64,000 bases of DNA, from assembly GCF_963921235.1 (NCBI RefSeq), contig NC_086097.1, forward strand, positions 178,066,001-178,130,000, read 5' to 3'. The first letter of the stretch is position 1. Every line of letters starts with the position of its first letter. The position numbers and the translations under genes were made by a program. Under the pieces are notes generated by a model. The model did not search any database. It had not been told where the DNA came from and was given only the letters and a program-made list of their open reading frames with translations. Below, piece by piece: positions 53,191-64,000 of the stretch. The stretch comes from Mobula hypostoma. Its lineage: Eukaryota.

Positions 53191-55215
53191 ACTAATGAGT
53201 ATGAATTATCGTGAAATGAAAGAGCATGAAATAACAAGGTAAAGTGAGACCGTCAGTTGTGGGAACACCAGAAATAGAATGTGTAATTATCCCCTTTTGT
53301 TCAAGAGCCTGATGGTTGACCGGTGGGAACTGTTCTTGAATCTGGTGGTGCGAGTCCTGAGACACTTGTACCTTCTACCTGATGGCAGCAGTGAGAAAAG
53401 AGCATGGTCTGGTATTAACTGGCTACATCACAGCCTGGTATGGAAACACCAATGCCCTTGAACAGAAAATCCTACAAAAAGTAGTAATCGTGGCCCAGTC
53501 CATCACAGGTAAAGCTCTCTCCACCACTGAGCACATCTACATGGAATGCTGTTGCAGGAAAGCAGTATCAATCATAGAGGACACACACCACCCAGGCTAT
53601 GCTCTCTTCTCGCTGTTGCCACAGGGAAGGTAGTACAGGAGCCTTAGGACCTACAACACCAGGTTCATGATCAGCTACTACAATTCATTGAACCAGTGGG
53701 CATAACTTCACCCTCACCATCACCGTACTGTTCCCACAACCTATGGGCTCACTTTCAAGGACTCATCTCACGTCTCAATATTTATTGCTCGTTTATTATT
53801 AATTTTTCTTTTGTATTTACAGAGTTTGTCTTTTGCAGATTGTTTTTTTGCCTGTCCTGTTGGATGGGGTCTCTCATTGATTCTATTGTGTTTTTTTGAA
53901 TTTACTGTGTATGCCTGCAAGAACATAAATTTCAGGGTTGCAAATGGTGACACACATGTACTTTGAAGGTTTCATTTTGATGTTTTCCAACAGGGAGCCC
54001 ATTACACGACAGATGAAAGTCTCCATCACAGTTGTGTATCCTCATACCTCCATCTGGGTACACAGCACATCATTGAAATGCCACTTATAAATGATTGGAA
54101 AGATTGAATTGTTGGACGTGAAATTTTCAAAATAAAAAGGTTAATTTTACTATTGTTGTGTATTTGAGGACCAACAGAAGAATCATAAGACCATAAGATA
54201 AAGGAGAAGTCGGCCATTCGGCCCATCGAGTCTGCTCTGCCATTTTATCATGAACTGATTCATTCTCCCATTTAGTCCCACTCCCCCGCCTTCTCACCAT
54301 AACCTTTGATGCCCTGGTTACTCAGATACCTATCAATCTCTGCCTTAAATACACCCAATGACTTGGCCTCCACTGCTGCCCGTGGCAACAAATTCCATAG
54401 ATTCACCACCCTCTGACTAAAAAAATTTCTTTGGGTTATCATAGGGTTATACAGGAAGGAAACAGGCCCTTCAACTCAACTTGTCCATTCTACCTGTGCT
54501 GCCCAGTGAGCTAGTCTCACGTGCACGCGTTTGGCCAATGGCTTCCTAAACCTTCCATATCCATAGAAGTCATTTAAATACTGCTAATGTATCACCTCAA
54601 CCACTATTTCTGGCAGCTCATTCCAAACACACACCACCCTTTGTGTGAAGAAGCTGCCTCGATATCCTTTAATCTTCGACCTCGGATCTCAAATCAATGC
54701 CCTCCTGATTTTACCATTCCTTCTCTGGGAAAAAGATGATGTGCTTTCACCCTGTCCATACCACTCATGATCTTGTATACATCTATCAAGTTGCTCCTCG
54801 ATTTCCAATGTTGCTGGGAATAAGTCTGAGTCTACATAAGAGTCTGAAGCTTAATAATGCAGCACAGGAAACCACCCAGGTCCGTGGCAGTTCTAAGAAA
54901 GATGCCTTGTTATATCCTGAAATGAGCTCTCACTTCCAGTCACTCGGGGGAAAAAAATTGTCCTCAAATATCCTTCGAGCATTATTATTGAATGTTCATT
55001 TTGATATTCTTAGGCACTGCATTACAAATTGTAGTTCAGTACTTTCAAAGAACACGCTCCCCCTGTGGCTCTGAACAGACCAAAAGCATTGCTTCTCAAA
55101 GTCGAAGTGGCCTCTTGTTTCACAGCTGCAGTTATATGCAAAAGCCAATGCTTTATCAGTACTGCATGCTGTGGCACCCCTTGCTGGATTATTATGGTAA
55201 AACATTACTCGTCAG

Positions 55216-55445
55216 CAGGAGCAACTGCTATACCTGTACATCCTTTATTTCCCACAGAACATTGAACTATGTGCATGAATAATTAGGATGCAAAAGGCGA
55301 AAATATACAATAAATGCATTTACCATACCTCAGTGATATCGAATTAGTGGCTGCTAGTATATTTTCCCCTTTTGCATTCTGCTAATTATCCATGCACATT
55401 GTTCTGTGGGAAATAAAGGATGTACAAGTATAGCAGTAGCTCTTG
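55216..55445. repeat. MITE-like inverted repeat / hairpin
   Basis: Arms 55216-55308 and 55357-55445 (e.g. tgtacatcctttatttcccacagaaca vs tgttctgtgggaaataaaggatgtaca), 48-nt loop. Confidence 0.85.
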
Positions 55446-56689
55446 TTTAACAATGTGGACATGCTATGTTAGCACTGGAATGAGTGACAACACTTGTGGA
55501 CTTCTCCAGCTCATCCTTGGGTTTGTTGGTTGTTAACTCCAACGATGCATTTCACTGGAGTATATTCCAAGATATAACACAATAGATCAATAATCAGTGA
55601 GGTACCATCTTGCGATGGCAGAGAAGTGCTTCCTATGGTGGACACCCCTAAAAGCCAAGACTGTGCAAAACTAAACCGAAACAATCAAGTAATAGTGTTA
55701 ATTAACTAGTTAAGATGGTTTAAAGGTGGATTCAGTTCACGTTTTGTCACAAGAAGAAAAACTACAATTGCATGGTCTATAGTCAGTCAGTTTTATTTTT
55801 ATTTGTTACAAAAATGGCATCAATCAACACAGGAGAACCACTCTGCCTCTTGAGCCTTGGCCCACTCCGTGAGAAACTGTCCTATTAGTTGTTCATCTCT
55901 TTCAATGCGTTTGACAGTCTTCCCGTCATTTTTAATTCCCCGCCCTACACCTCCCAACTTGAAGCAGAATACCCCATTTCATAATTAAGCATGTTGAAGA
56001 AAATAATGTTTTACATTGCCCCAATTCTTTTGTTGATAAGCATTAGTTGGCGTATTACCATCACTGATCATTTTGCCAGTAGAAATAAAACAAATGTATC
56101 TACAACCTACTTTGAAGGCCTTTACTTATTTTTTCCTAGTTGAAAGGATACAAAACCTCAATTCATTTTCAATTTTCCTTTTAACATACCAGAACCATGG
56201 TTCCATTTTGTAAAATCTGCTCTGTAACTTTGTCAGAAGCAATACCAACTCGCTTAAAGGAACAGTATCTAAACGAGACACAACCAGCGATTTATCAAGG
56301 TTTAGCAGAGTTCTTCACTGTTGGATATTGAGCTGTTATTTTTGAATCACTTGACCCCAAGTGTTTTTATAAAACAGCCAATTACCCCAATTTTTCACAT
56401 ATGGAAAGCATTCTACATACTTAACACTACCAGACCACATCTGAGCGCCATGCCAGCCGTTAGTTGTGGTGATGCTTGTATGCTCCAACAGGTTGCAAAA
56501 CAAAGTTGGGCAGCATCACTAACAACAACACATCCATGCCCAATGAGAAAAATGCATTTTTATGTTTTGAATAGCAGGTCAATGAAATGATATATCAAAA
56601 GCCCCCTAACATATCTATACATTTTAAACTCTCTTACTTCAGCGAGCTTTCCCATTAAAATCACAATCAACTCAGTGTCAAAGAAAAGT

Positions 56690-58170
56690 GAGGTAACATG
56701 CCCCTGTCTACGAAGCAATGGCCATGACATCCACCATCATGAAGTTCTTCAAGAAGCAAGTTATGGCACACATCATCTCCAGTGTCCCAGACAACCTTGG
56801 CCTACTGCAATTCATCTACTGCTGAAACAGGTCAATGGTGGATGCCATCTCTCTTGCCCTACATCTCTGGATCATCTGAATAGTAAAGGCAATATCAGAC
56901 TGATTGAGTTGGTGCAGCTCTGTCTGCAATTCCATCTCCGATCTCCTAGAAGTTGGACTTGGCATCCCATATGCAACTAAAATCCTTGACTTTCTATCCG
57001 ACAGCCTACAATCAGCAGCGATAAAAAGCACATGTCCACCACAATTATCTTCAACACTGATGCCCTGCAAAGCTGCGTCCTTATCAGCTTACTTTACTCC
57101 CTACACTCACGACTGCTGGCCAGATTCTACACTAATTTCAGCTACAAGAACACAGGTGAAACCACTATGGTGGGCCAGATTTCAAATAACAATGAAATGG
57201 AGTACACAAGGGAAATAGAGAGTCTAATGGCATCCTGTCAAGGCAATAACCTTTCCTTTAACATCAGAAAAACAAAACTGCTGGTCATAGAGTTTAGAAA
57301 GGTGGGTCATGCACACGATACTATATGTATCAATGATGTTGAGGCGGAGATGGTCGAGAGCTTCAGGTTCCTATAAGTAAACATCAGTTTGCCTTGGTCC
57401 AACCACAGACTATATAGCCAAGTACACCAACTCTGCTTCACCAGAAGTCTAAGGAAGTTCAGCATGTCACTGTTGACGCCAAATTGTTGTCATTTCGGAG
57501 GATCTGTCCTGGGCCCAACATGGATGCAATTATGAAGAAAGCACAGCAGTGCCTCTACTTCCTTAGAAGTTTGTGACGATTTGGCATAAAACTTTGACAA
57601 ACTTCTATAGATGAGTAGTGAGAGTATATCGACTGGTTGCATCAGCTGGTATGGAAACACCGCTGCTCAGAAAATCCTACAAAAAGTCGTGGATACGGCC
57701 CAATCACAGGTAAAGCCCTCCCCACCACCGTGTACATGTACACGGTGTGCTGTTGCTGGAAAGCAACATCCATCTTCAGGGATCCCCACCACCCAGGACA
57801 TGCTCTCTTTTCGCGGTTGAAATTAGGAAGGCGGTACAGGAGTCTTATGACCCTCAGCATCAGGTTCAGGACAGTTATTACCCCTTAACCATCAAGCTCT
57901 TGTACCAGAGGGGATAGCTTCACTTGTCCCATCACTGAACTGTTCCCTCAGCCTATGGACTCACGTTCAGGACTCATCTCATGTCCTCGTTATTTATTAT
58001 ATTTCCTTCCCCTTCTTTTGTATTTGCAGTTTGTTGTCTTTCGCACATTGGTTGTTTGTCTGTCCTGTTGGGTACCGTCTTTCATTGATAGTATTCTGTT
58101 TCCTGAGTTTATTGTGTGTGCCTGCAGGAAATGAATCTCAGGGTTGTATATGGTGATAATAAATTTACAT
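56690..58170 (+). mobile_element. Degenerate Rex1/Babar fragments
   Basis: ILDFLSDSLQS, GQISNNNEMEYTREIESL and CISWYGNT remnants plus a 3' UTR. Confidence 0.75.
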
Positions 58171-58555
58171 TCTACATTTTTAAAAATGTAGATGCACCAT
58201 AGTAATCACAGACACAAACACACACAGATGCATCACAGCTTGGTATAGCAATTGCTCTGCCCAAGATGGCAAGAAACAGCAGTTGTTATGTAGTTCAACA
58301 CATCACAGAAACCAGTTGCCCCTCTACCAAATGTTTACACTTCCTAATGTCTCATGAAAGCAGCCAGCATTATCAATGACTTCACTCACCCCAGACATTC
58401 TCCCTTCTCTCCCCACCATTTGGTAGACGATACAAAAGCCTGTAAAGCAGGCTTAAGGACAGCTTTTGTCCCACTGTTAAAAGAATCTTGCAATCAGCCT
58501 CACATCCAGCACTAAATTCTCCGGAACTTCCGACATTTCCAACAGGATCCCACCA

Positions 58556-58974
58556 ACACACATCAAAGTTGCTGGTGAATGCAGCAGGCCAGGCAGCATC
58601 TCTAGGAAGAGGTACAGTCGACGTTTCAGGCCGAGACCCTTCGTCAGGACTAACTGAAGGAAGAGTTAGTAAGAGATTTGAAAGTGAGAGGGGGAGGGGG
58701 AGATCCAAAATGATAGGAGAAGACAGGAGGGGGAGGGATGGAGCCAAGAGCTGGACAGGTGATTGGCAAAGGGGATATGAGAGGATCATGGGACAGGAGG
58801 TCCGGGGAGAAAGACGGGGGGGGGGGGGGAGAACCAGAGGATGGGCAAAGGGTATAGTCAGAGGGACAGAGGGAGAAAAAGCAGAGTGAGAGAAAGAATG
58901 TGTGTATAAAAATAAATAACGGATGGGGTACGAGGGGGAGGTGGGGCATTAGCGGCAGTTAGAGAAGTCAATGT
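58556..58974 (-). mobile_element. Young Penelope 3' fragment inserted into an older Penelope copy
   Basis: Reverse-strand ORF end plus pLTR. TSD tcccacca at 58548-58555 and 58975-58982. The host PLE sequence continues on both sides. Confidence 0.85.
58616..58651 (-). ncRNA. Minimal hammerhead ribozyme (TAF4B sense strand)
   Basis: agtcgacgtttcaggccgagacccttcgtcaggact on + gives an intact core on -. Confidence 0.8.
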
Positions 58975-60145
58975 TCCCACCACGAAGGACATCTTTCCTC
59001 TCCCCCTACTTTCTGCAGGGATCGCTCCCTACGTGACTCCCCTATCCATTCATCCCTCCCCACTGATCTCCCTCCTGGCACTTTTCCTTGCAAAGTGGAC
59101 CAAGTGCCACACCTGCCCCTAAATCTCCTCTCTCACTACCATTCAGAGCCCCAAATAGTTCTTCCAGGTGAGGCGACACTTCACCTGTGAGTCTGCTGGG
59201 GTCATATACTGTGCCTGGTGCTCCCAGTGTGACCTCCTGTACATCAGAGACACAACATAGATCAGGAGACCACTTTGCTGAGCACCTATGCTCCATCTGC
59301 CAGAAGCAGGATCTCCCAGTGGTCACTCATTTTAATTCCACTTCCCATCTCCTCCCTCTGGTGCTCCTCCCCCCTTTTGCTTTCTTCCATGGCTTTCTGT
59401 CCTCTCCTATTAGACTCCCCCCTGTATCTCTTTCACCAATCAACCTACCAGCTTATTACATCATCCTTCCCCCTCTTAGTTTCACCTATCACCTTGTGTT
59501 TCTCTCTCCCCCGCAACAACTTTTAAACCTACTCATCTTTTTTTCCCTCCAGTCCTGTCAAAGGATCTCAGCCTGAAACGTTGACTGTACTTTTTTTCCC
59601 CGAGATGCTGCTTGGCCTGCTGAGTTCCTCCAGCATTTTGTGTGTCACTTGGATTCAAACAAGAGCAGGACAGCTCTGTCAAGTGTCCTACCCAAGAATT
59701 CTTCTGGTCATTATTACAATTCTTTCTTAGGCGGTTTGGATACAAATTTTTTCTTGCATCAGTAATAGGACAGTGAAGGGAAATGCCCTTTCCATACGGA
59801 GTCTTTCTGTGACTATTCTATTTCGTTCATTGTAAGCCTCTTTGAATTTCACTATATGCGATATCACAAAGTATTTTTCAAAGTTTGAAACAACTGAACA
59901 ATTATTGACAGAATTCTTAGTTCGCATGGATATCGTTACTAAGTTAACAATGATGGTCAGTGATGTGTTTTAGAATTCAATTTGTAAAACTTGGAGATAG
60001 TCACACTCGAAGTTTTACTAGTGGTCTGCGGAAGTGACTACTGCTCATATAAATGACAGCTGTAAATGTGCTGCTTACAGTGGCAACACACATCAAAGTT
60101 GCTGGTGAACGCAGCAGGCCAGGCAGCATCTCTAGTAAGAGGTGC

Positions 60146-60181
60146 AGTCGACGTTTCAGACCGAGACCCTTCGTCAGGACT
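60146..60181 (-). ncRNA. Minimal hammerhead ribozyme (stem II variant)
   Basis: Core intact. One stem II change (CCU>UCU) can still pair by G-U wobble. Confidence 0.7.
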
Positions 60182-60220
60182 AATTGAAGGAAGAGTGAGT
60201 AAGGGATCCCTTACTCAGTT

Positions 60221-60256
60221 AGTCCTGACGAAGGGTCTCGGCCTGAAACGTCGACT
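60221..60256 (+). ncRNA. Minimal hammerhead ribozyme
   Basis: agtcctgacgaagggtctcggcctgaaacgtcgact, identical to 34683-34718. Confidence 0.8.
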
Positions 60257-60519
60257 GCACCTCTTCCTAGAGATGCTGCCTGGCCTGCTGCGTTCACCAG
60301 CAACTTTGATGTGTGTTGCTTGAATTTCCAGCATCTGCAGAATTCCTGTTGTTTGCTTACAGTGGTGTAGTTTGTAAGAACCACTGACAACATCATGAGT
60401 ATGGGTTCTGCCCCTTGTCCTCTGCATTGAGAATATGCACTCTCCCTGGGACTAGGCTCCTCCAGCATTTTGTGTGTGTTGCTTTCTCAACTACCGACTG
60501 TTACAGCAGCATTTGATGT

Positions 60520-61270
60520 ATCATTCCACACTATCCAGACCATTCAATACTCAATCGGTTTCAATCAGATTCCCATTCAATCCTCTAAACTCCAGCAAGT
60601 ACAGACCCAGAGCCAGAAAAAGATCATACGTTAACCTATTCATTCTCATGAAGCTCCTCGGATCCGCTCCCATGCCAGCCTCTCTCAGATTAAGGGCCCA
60701 ACACTGCTCACAATACTCCCAAGTGCAGTTTGACCAATGCTTTAAGCCGCAGCATTACATCCTTGTATTCCAGACCTCTTGAAATGAATGCTAACATTCA
60801 GGTCCCTTTGCACCTCTAATTTTTAATTTTTAGTAAATAGTTTACACTTTTATTCCTTCCACTGAAGTACATGACCATTTGTTTCCTTACATTGTATTCC
60901 ATCTGCCACTTCCTTGCCGATTCTCACAATGAATCCAAGTTCTTCTGCAGACACTCTGATTCCTGAACACCACCTGCCTCTCCACCTATCTTTGTGTTGC
61001 CCACAAATTTGGCCACAAAGCCTCAACTGTCTCCTCCAAATCATTCACATATAACTGAAAAGAAGTCACCAGCAGCCAATCAGAAAAGGCGCCCTTTATT
61101 TCTGTGCTTTAACTCCTGCCAGTCAGTCGCTCTTCAATCCATGCTAGTATCTTTCCGGTAATACCATGGTCTCTTATCTTGTTAATCAGTCTCATGTGTG
61201 CAACTTGTCCAAGGCTTTCTGAAAATCCAAGTAAACTTCACCCACTGACTCTCCTGCCTGTTATTTCCTC
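60520..61270 (-). mobile_element. Degenerate CR1 fragment
   Basis: Reverse complement of CR1 RT 3' region motifs (aatgctaacatt, caaatttggccacaaag, aaggctttctgaaaatccaagta). Confidence 0.7.
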
Positions 61271-61649
61271 CTAGTTCCAGTTCAGACACTGCCCAGACTT
61301 AGGAATACAACCACTGTATTACTACAGCCAGGTTAAAAGATAGCAACTTGCTACACTATGGCAACATGGGAGCACGTGCACCTCAAGGACTACAGTATTT
61401 CAACTTGAGAATACTTCACCTTCCCAGTGAAGAGGATTAGATACTGGGATTATGAGTATTACTGGTAATGCAAATTAATTACAAAAACAGTTTGGTCTTC
61501 ACATACATTTCATTGCTTTCCAGCTCTTGAATAAGCAAATAAGGTCATAAAATCAATACAGGAACAACTAAGACTGGAGGTTCCATTGATTACATGGTCA
61601 AACTGCCATTTTCTTCTTGTCGAGCCAATTCAACTTAGTCTTATTCCTT

Positions 61650-62103
61650 CCAGATAGCCTCCAACCTGACAGTAGGAACATCGATTTCTCTAACTTCCAG
61701 TAATTTCTCCCCCCTCCCCTTCAATCTTTTTATTCCTCATTCTGGTTCCCCTCTTACCCATTCTCTTCTCCTCATCTGCCTATCACCTCTTTCTGGTGTT
61801 CCTCTTCCTTCTCTTTCTCCTAAGGTCCACTCTCCATTCCTATTAGATTCCTTCTTCAGCCTTTGACCTTTCCCACTTATCACCTCACAGCCTCTCACTA
61901 TCCCCCTCTCCCACCCACCTACCTACTTTCTCCCTCACCTGCCAGCTTGTACACCTTCCACTCTCCCCACCTTTTTATTCTGGCTTCTTCCCACTTCTTT
62001 TTCAGTCTTGATGAAGAGTCTCGGCCCGAAACATTGACTGTTTATTCCCCTCCGTACATGCTGCCTGGCCTGCTGAGCTCCCCCAGCACTTTGTGTGTGT
62101 TGC
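61650..62103 (+). mobile_element. Degenerate Penelope ORF end, 3' UTR and pLTR
   Basis: agcctccaacctga...aacatcgatttctctaacttcc followed by cagtcttgatgaagagtctcggcccgaaacattgactg. Confidence 0.75.
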
Positions 62104-63338
62104 CAAGTCTACCTGGTAAAACTTGTTGTAGTCATCATCATAAGCAGGAGATACAGAAGACTGGAATCCTGCACCATATTCAAGAACAGCTTCAACCATT
62201 CAATTCCTGATCCAACATGCAACATCCAACATATACTACCTCAGTTTAGCAACACTGTGACCACTTTTCTCCACAATGGACTAACGGTGTTCTTTCTTGT
62301 ATAATTAGCTTTTCTTCTGTTTGCATTGGCTCTACGTAGTGCCACAACCTGGAAAACTCAGCAAGACATTCATTTCCTCAGGAGGCTAAAGCAACTGGGT
62401 ACGTCTCCTTTGACCTTCACCGTTTTTTTTTTAAATAATGCAGCTCAGAAAGCATGTTATCTGGATGCATCATGGCTGCAAGAAACAGTAGAGTTGTGGA
62501 CATAGCTCAGTATATCACAAAACCAAGTCTCACTTCCATGGACTCTGACAACACTTCTCATTCCTCAATCAAGCAGCCAGCATGATCAAAAACCCCACCC
62601 ACAACGACATTCTCTCTTTTCTCCACTCCCAATGGGCAGAAAATACAAAAGCATAATATCAAACCATACTCAAACACAGCTTCTATCTCATTAATATAAG
62701 ACTACTGCATGACAAGATGCTCTCGACCTCAAATCTACCTCATCATGACCTTGCACCTTATTGACCGCCTGAACTGCACTTGCTCTGTAACTGTGTCACA
62801 GTATTCTACACTCTTATCGTCTTCTCTTGTACTACGTCAATACACCAAGGTTATAAATTGATCTGTATGATCAGTACTCAAGACACGTTTTTCACTGCAC
62901 TTCTATAGACGTGACAATAATAAACCAATTTACCAACTAATACTATGTACCTGTGATGCTGCTGCAACTGAGGTGTTCACTGGACCAGTGCATACATGTA
63001 CCCGTGCTAATGACAAGAAGCTCGACATGGAAAAGGAAAAGGAAATGGCTTACAGGACTGCAATGCATCATTTTCACTGGGTTCTCAAAGGTTGCTCATG
63101 CCTTGCTTCTGCTCAGTCTACAGCAGTGGTTTCCAACCTGAGGTCCATGGACCCCTTGGTTAATAGTAGGGGTTGGAAACCCCTGGTCTAGGGTGACCAT
63201 GTTTTAATGCCATCTGTACTGACGTTTATTCAAGTGAGTAAAATCAGAAATGTGAGTTACAAATCAGAAATTAAATCAAAAAGATACATGATTCCATACA
63301 GAGATCATTTTTGCAGCAGTTGTGGTAACAGCTTTTAC

Positions 63339-63456
63339 CTGAAAGTCGCCCCTGTGACCTCCCGTTTGAATTTTTCATCAGTTGAGGCATGTACAAGAAC
63401 GGTTGAATTCCCATTTCCTTGTACAGCTGGGACTTTTACCACTGAAGTCACAGGAG
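63339..63456 (-). CDS. TAF4B: TAF4B coding exon, 118 nt (linker, ends ...EKFKREVTGATF-R)
   Basis: Acceptor tttgctttcttcattcag and donor AG|gtaaaa. Open frame PVTSVVKVPAVQGNGNSTVLVHASTDEKFKREVTGATF plus a split R codon (AG|G) that joins the next exon in phase, matching the ...SF-R junction of TAF4-family proteins. Confidence 0.85.
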
Positions 63457-63738
63457 CTGAATGAAGAAAGCAAAGTTTTCTTTTAAACCCCAGTCCATTC
63501 AAACGACATTAATACCAACAAAGCACATCATGGACAGCATTTATTCTGGTCATACAGAAAACACATAACAGAAATGCAGCCAGTGGTAATAGCAACAACT
63601 GCTGGCCACATGGGACAGCCCACAAACCGAGGAGCAATTACACTAAATTGACTAGTAGATTCTCCTCAGAGGATTTTAGCAAACAAAATTAGATTAGTTT
63701 CATCATATGTACATTAAAACATACAGTGAAATGTGTTA

Positions 63739-64000
63739 GCAACATACATCAAAGTTGCTGGTGAACGCAGCAGGCCAAGCAGCATCTATAGGAAGAGGTG
63801 CAGTCGACGTTTCAGGCCGAGACCCTTCGTCAGGACTAACCGAAGGAAGAGTGAGTAAGGGATTTGAAAGCTGGAGGGGGAGGGGGAGATGCAAAATGAT
63901 AGGAGAAGACAGGAGGGGGAGGGATAGAGCCGAGAGCTGGACAGGTGATAGGCAAAAGGGGATACGAGAGGATCATGGGACAGGAGGTCCGGGAAGAAAG
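63739..64000 (-). mobile_element. Young Penelope pLTR, reverse orientation, runs off the window end
   Basis: Begins at the same gcaaca(c/t)acatcaaagttgctggtgaacg junction as the foldback copies and is near-identical to 58556-58810. Confidence 0.88.
63802..63837 (-). ncRNA. Minimal hammerhead ribozyme (TAF4B sense strand)
   Basis: Identical 36-nt motif on the minus strand. Confidence 0.8.

Larger units (their letters stand above)
58490..59645 (+). mobile_element. Older degenerate Penelope-like element (GIY-YIG region and pLTR), interrupted by a younger copy
   Basis: Similar to 30825-31952 (GDHFAEHLCSICQKQDLPVVTHFNS in ORF 59187..59576). Ends in a degenerate pLTR. Confidence 0.8.
60083..60353. 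mobile_element. Penelope-like pLTR foldback insertion
   Basis: Arms 60083-60206 and 60207-60319 with no loop (centre tgagtaaggga|tcccttactca), an 11-nt deletion in the right arm and 3 substitutions in the left arm. Same tail as the 34.6 kb copy. TSD tgcttacagtgg at 60072-60083 and 60354-60365. Confidence 0.92.

Noticed and set aside
15646..63456. Assignment to TAF4 rather than TAF4B
   Set aside because: Diagnostic residues (EENxC, EKLTxIAQHRM, SDTRSQ, QQLELAQ) match TAF4B. Synteny cannot be checked in this window.
1..64000. CRISPR arrays, prokaryotic operons, tRNA/rRNA genes
   Set aside because: None seen. This is vertebrate intronic DNA, the tRNA-like boxes belong to decayed SINEs, and the recurring repeats are dispersed TE ends without spacers.

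Overview
Eukaryotic, AT-rich, transposon-dense DNA. The repeat families (CR1 with esterase ORF1, Rex1/Babar, HE1-like V-SINEs, Neptune-type Penelope) suggest a cartilaginous fish, probably a ray; this is inference. The window lies inside one minus-strand gene, the TFIID subunit TAF4B. Six GT-AG coding exons (118, 170, 131, 126, 57 and 120 nt) join in frame and encode the end of the linker and the TAF4 histone-fold/CRII region. The upstream exons lie beyond position 64000, and no canonical terminal (CCTD) exon was found. The introns are filled with nested retroelements (CR1, Rex1/Babar, RTE, Penelope, SINEs) and an internally deleted Tigger/pogo DNA transposon. The main highlight is a young Penelope family that makes short TSD-flanked foldback (palindromic) insertions with a fixed junction point. 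It carries at least six intact minimal type I hammerhead ribozyme cores, four of them on the TAF4B pre-mRNA strand. Other highlights: a recursive-splicing-like AG|GTAAG exon start in the histone-fold exon, a divergent candidate terminal exon ending KAFLKE*, two other long hairpins, and an old direct duplication bracketing the histone-fold exon. TE boundaries are approximate unless a TSD or TIR is quoted.
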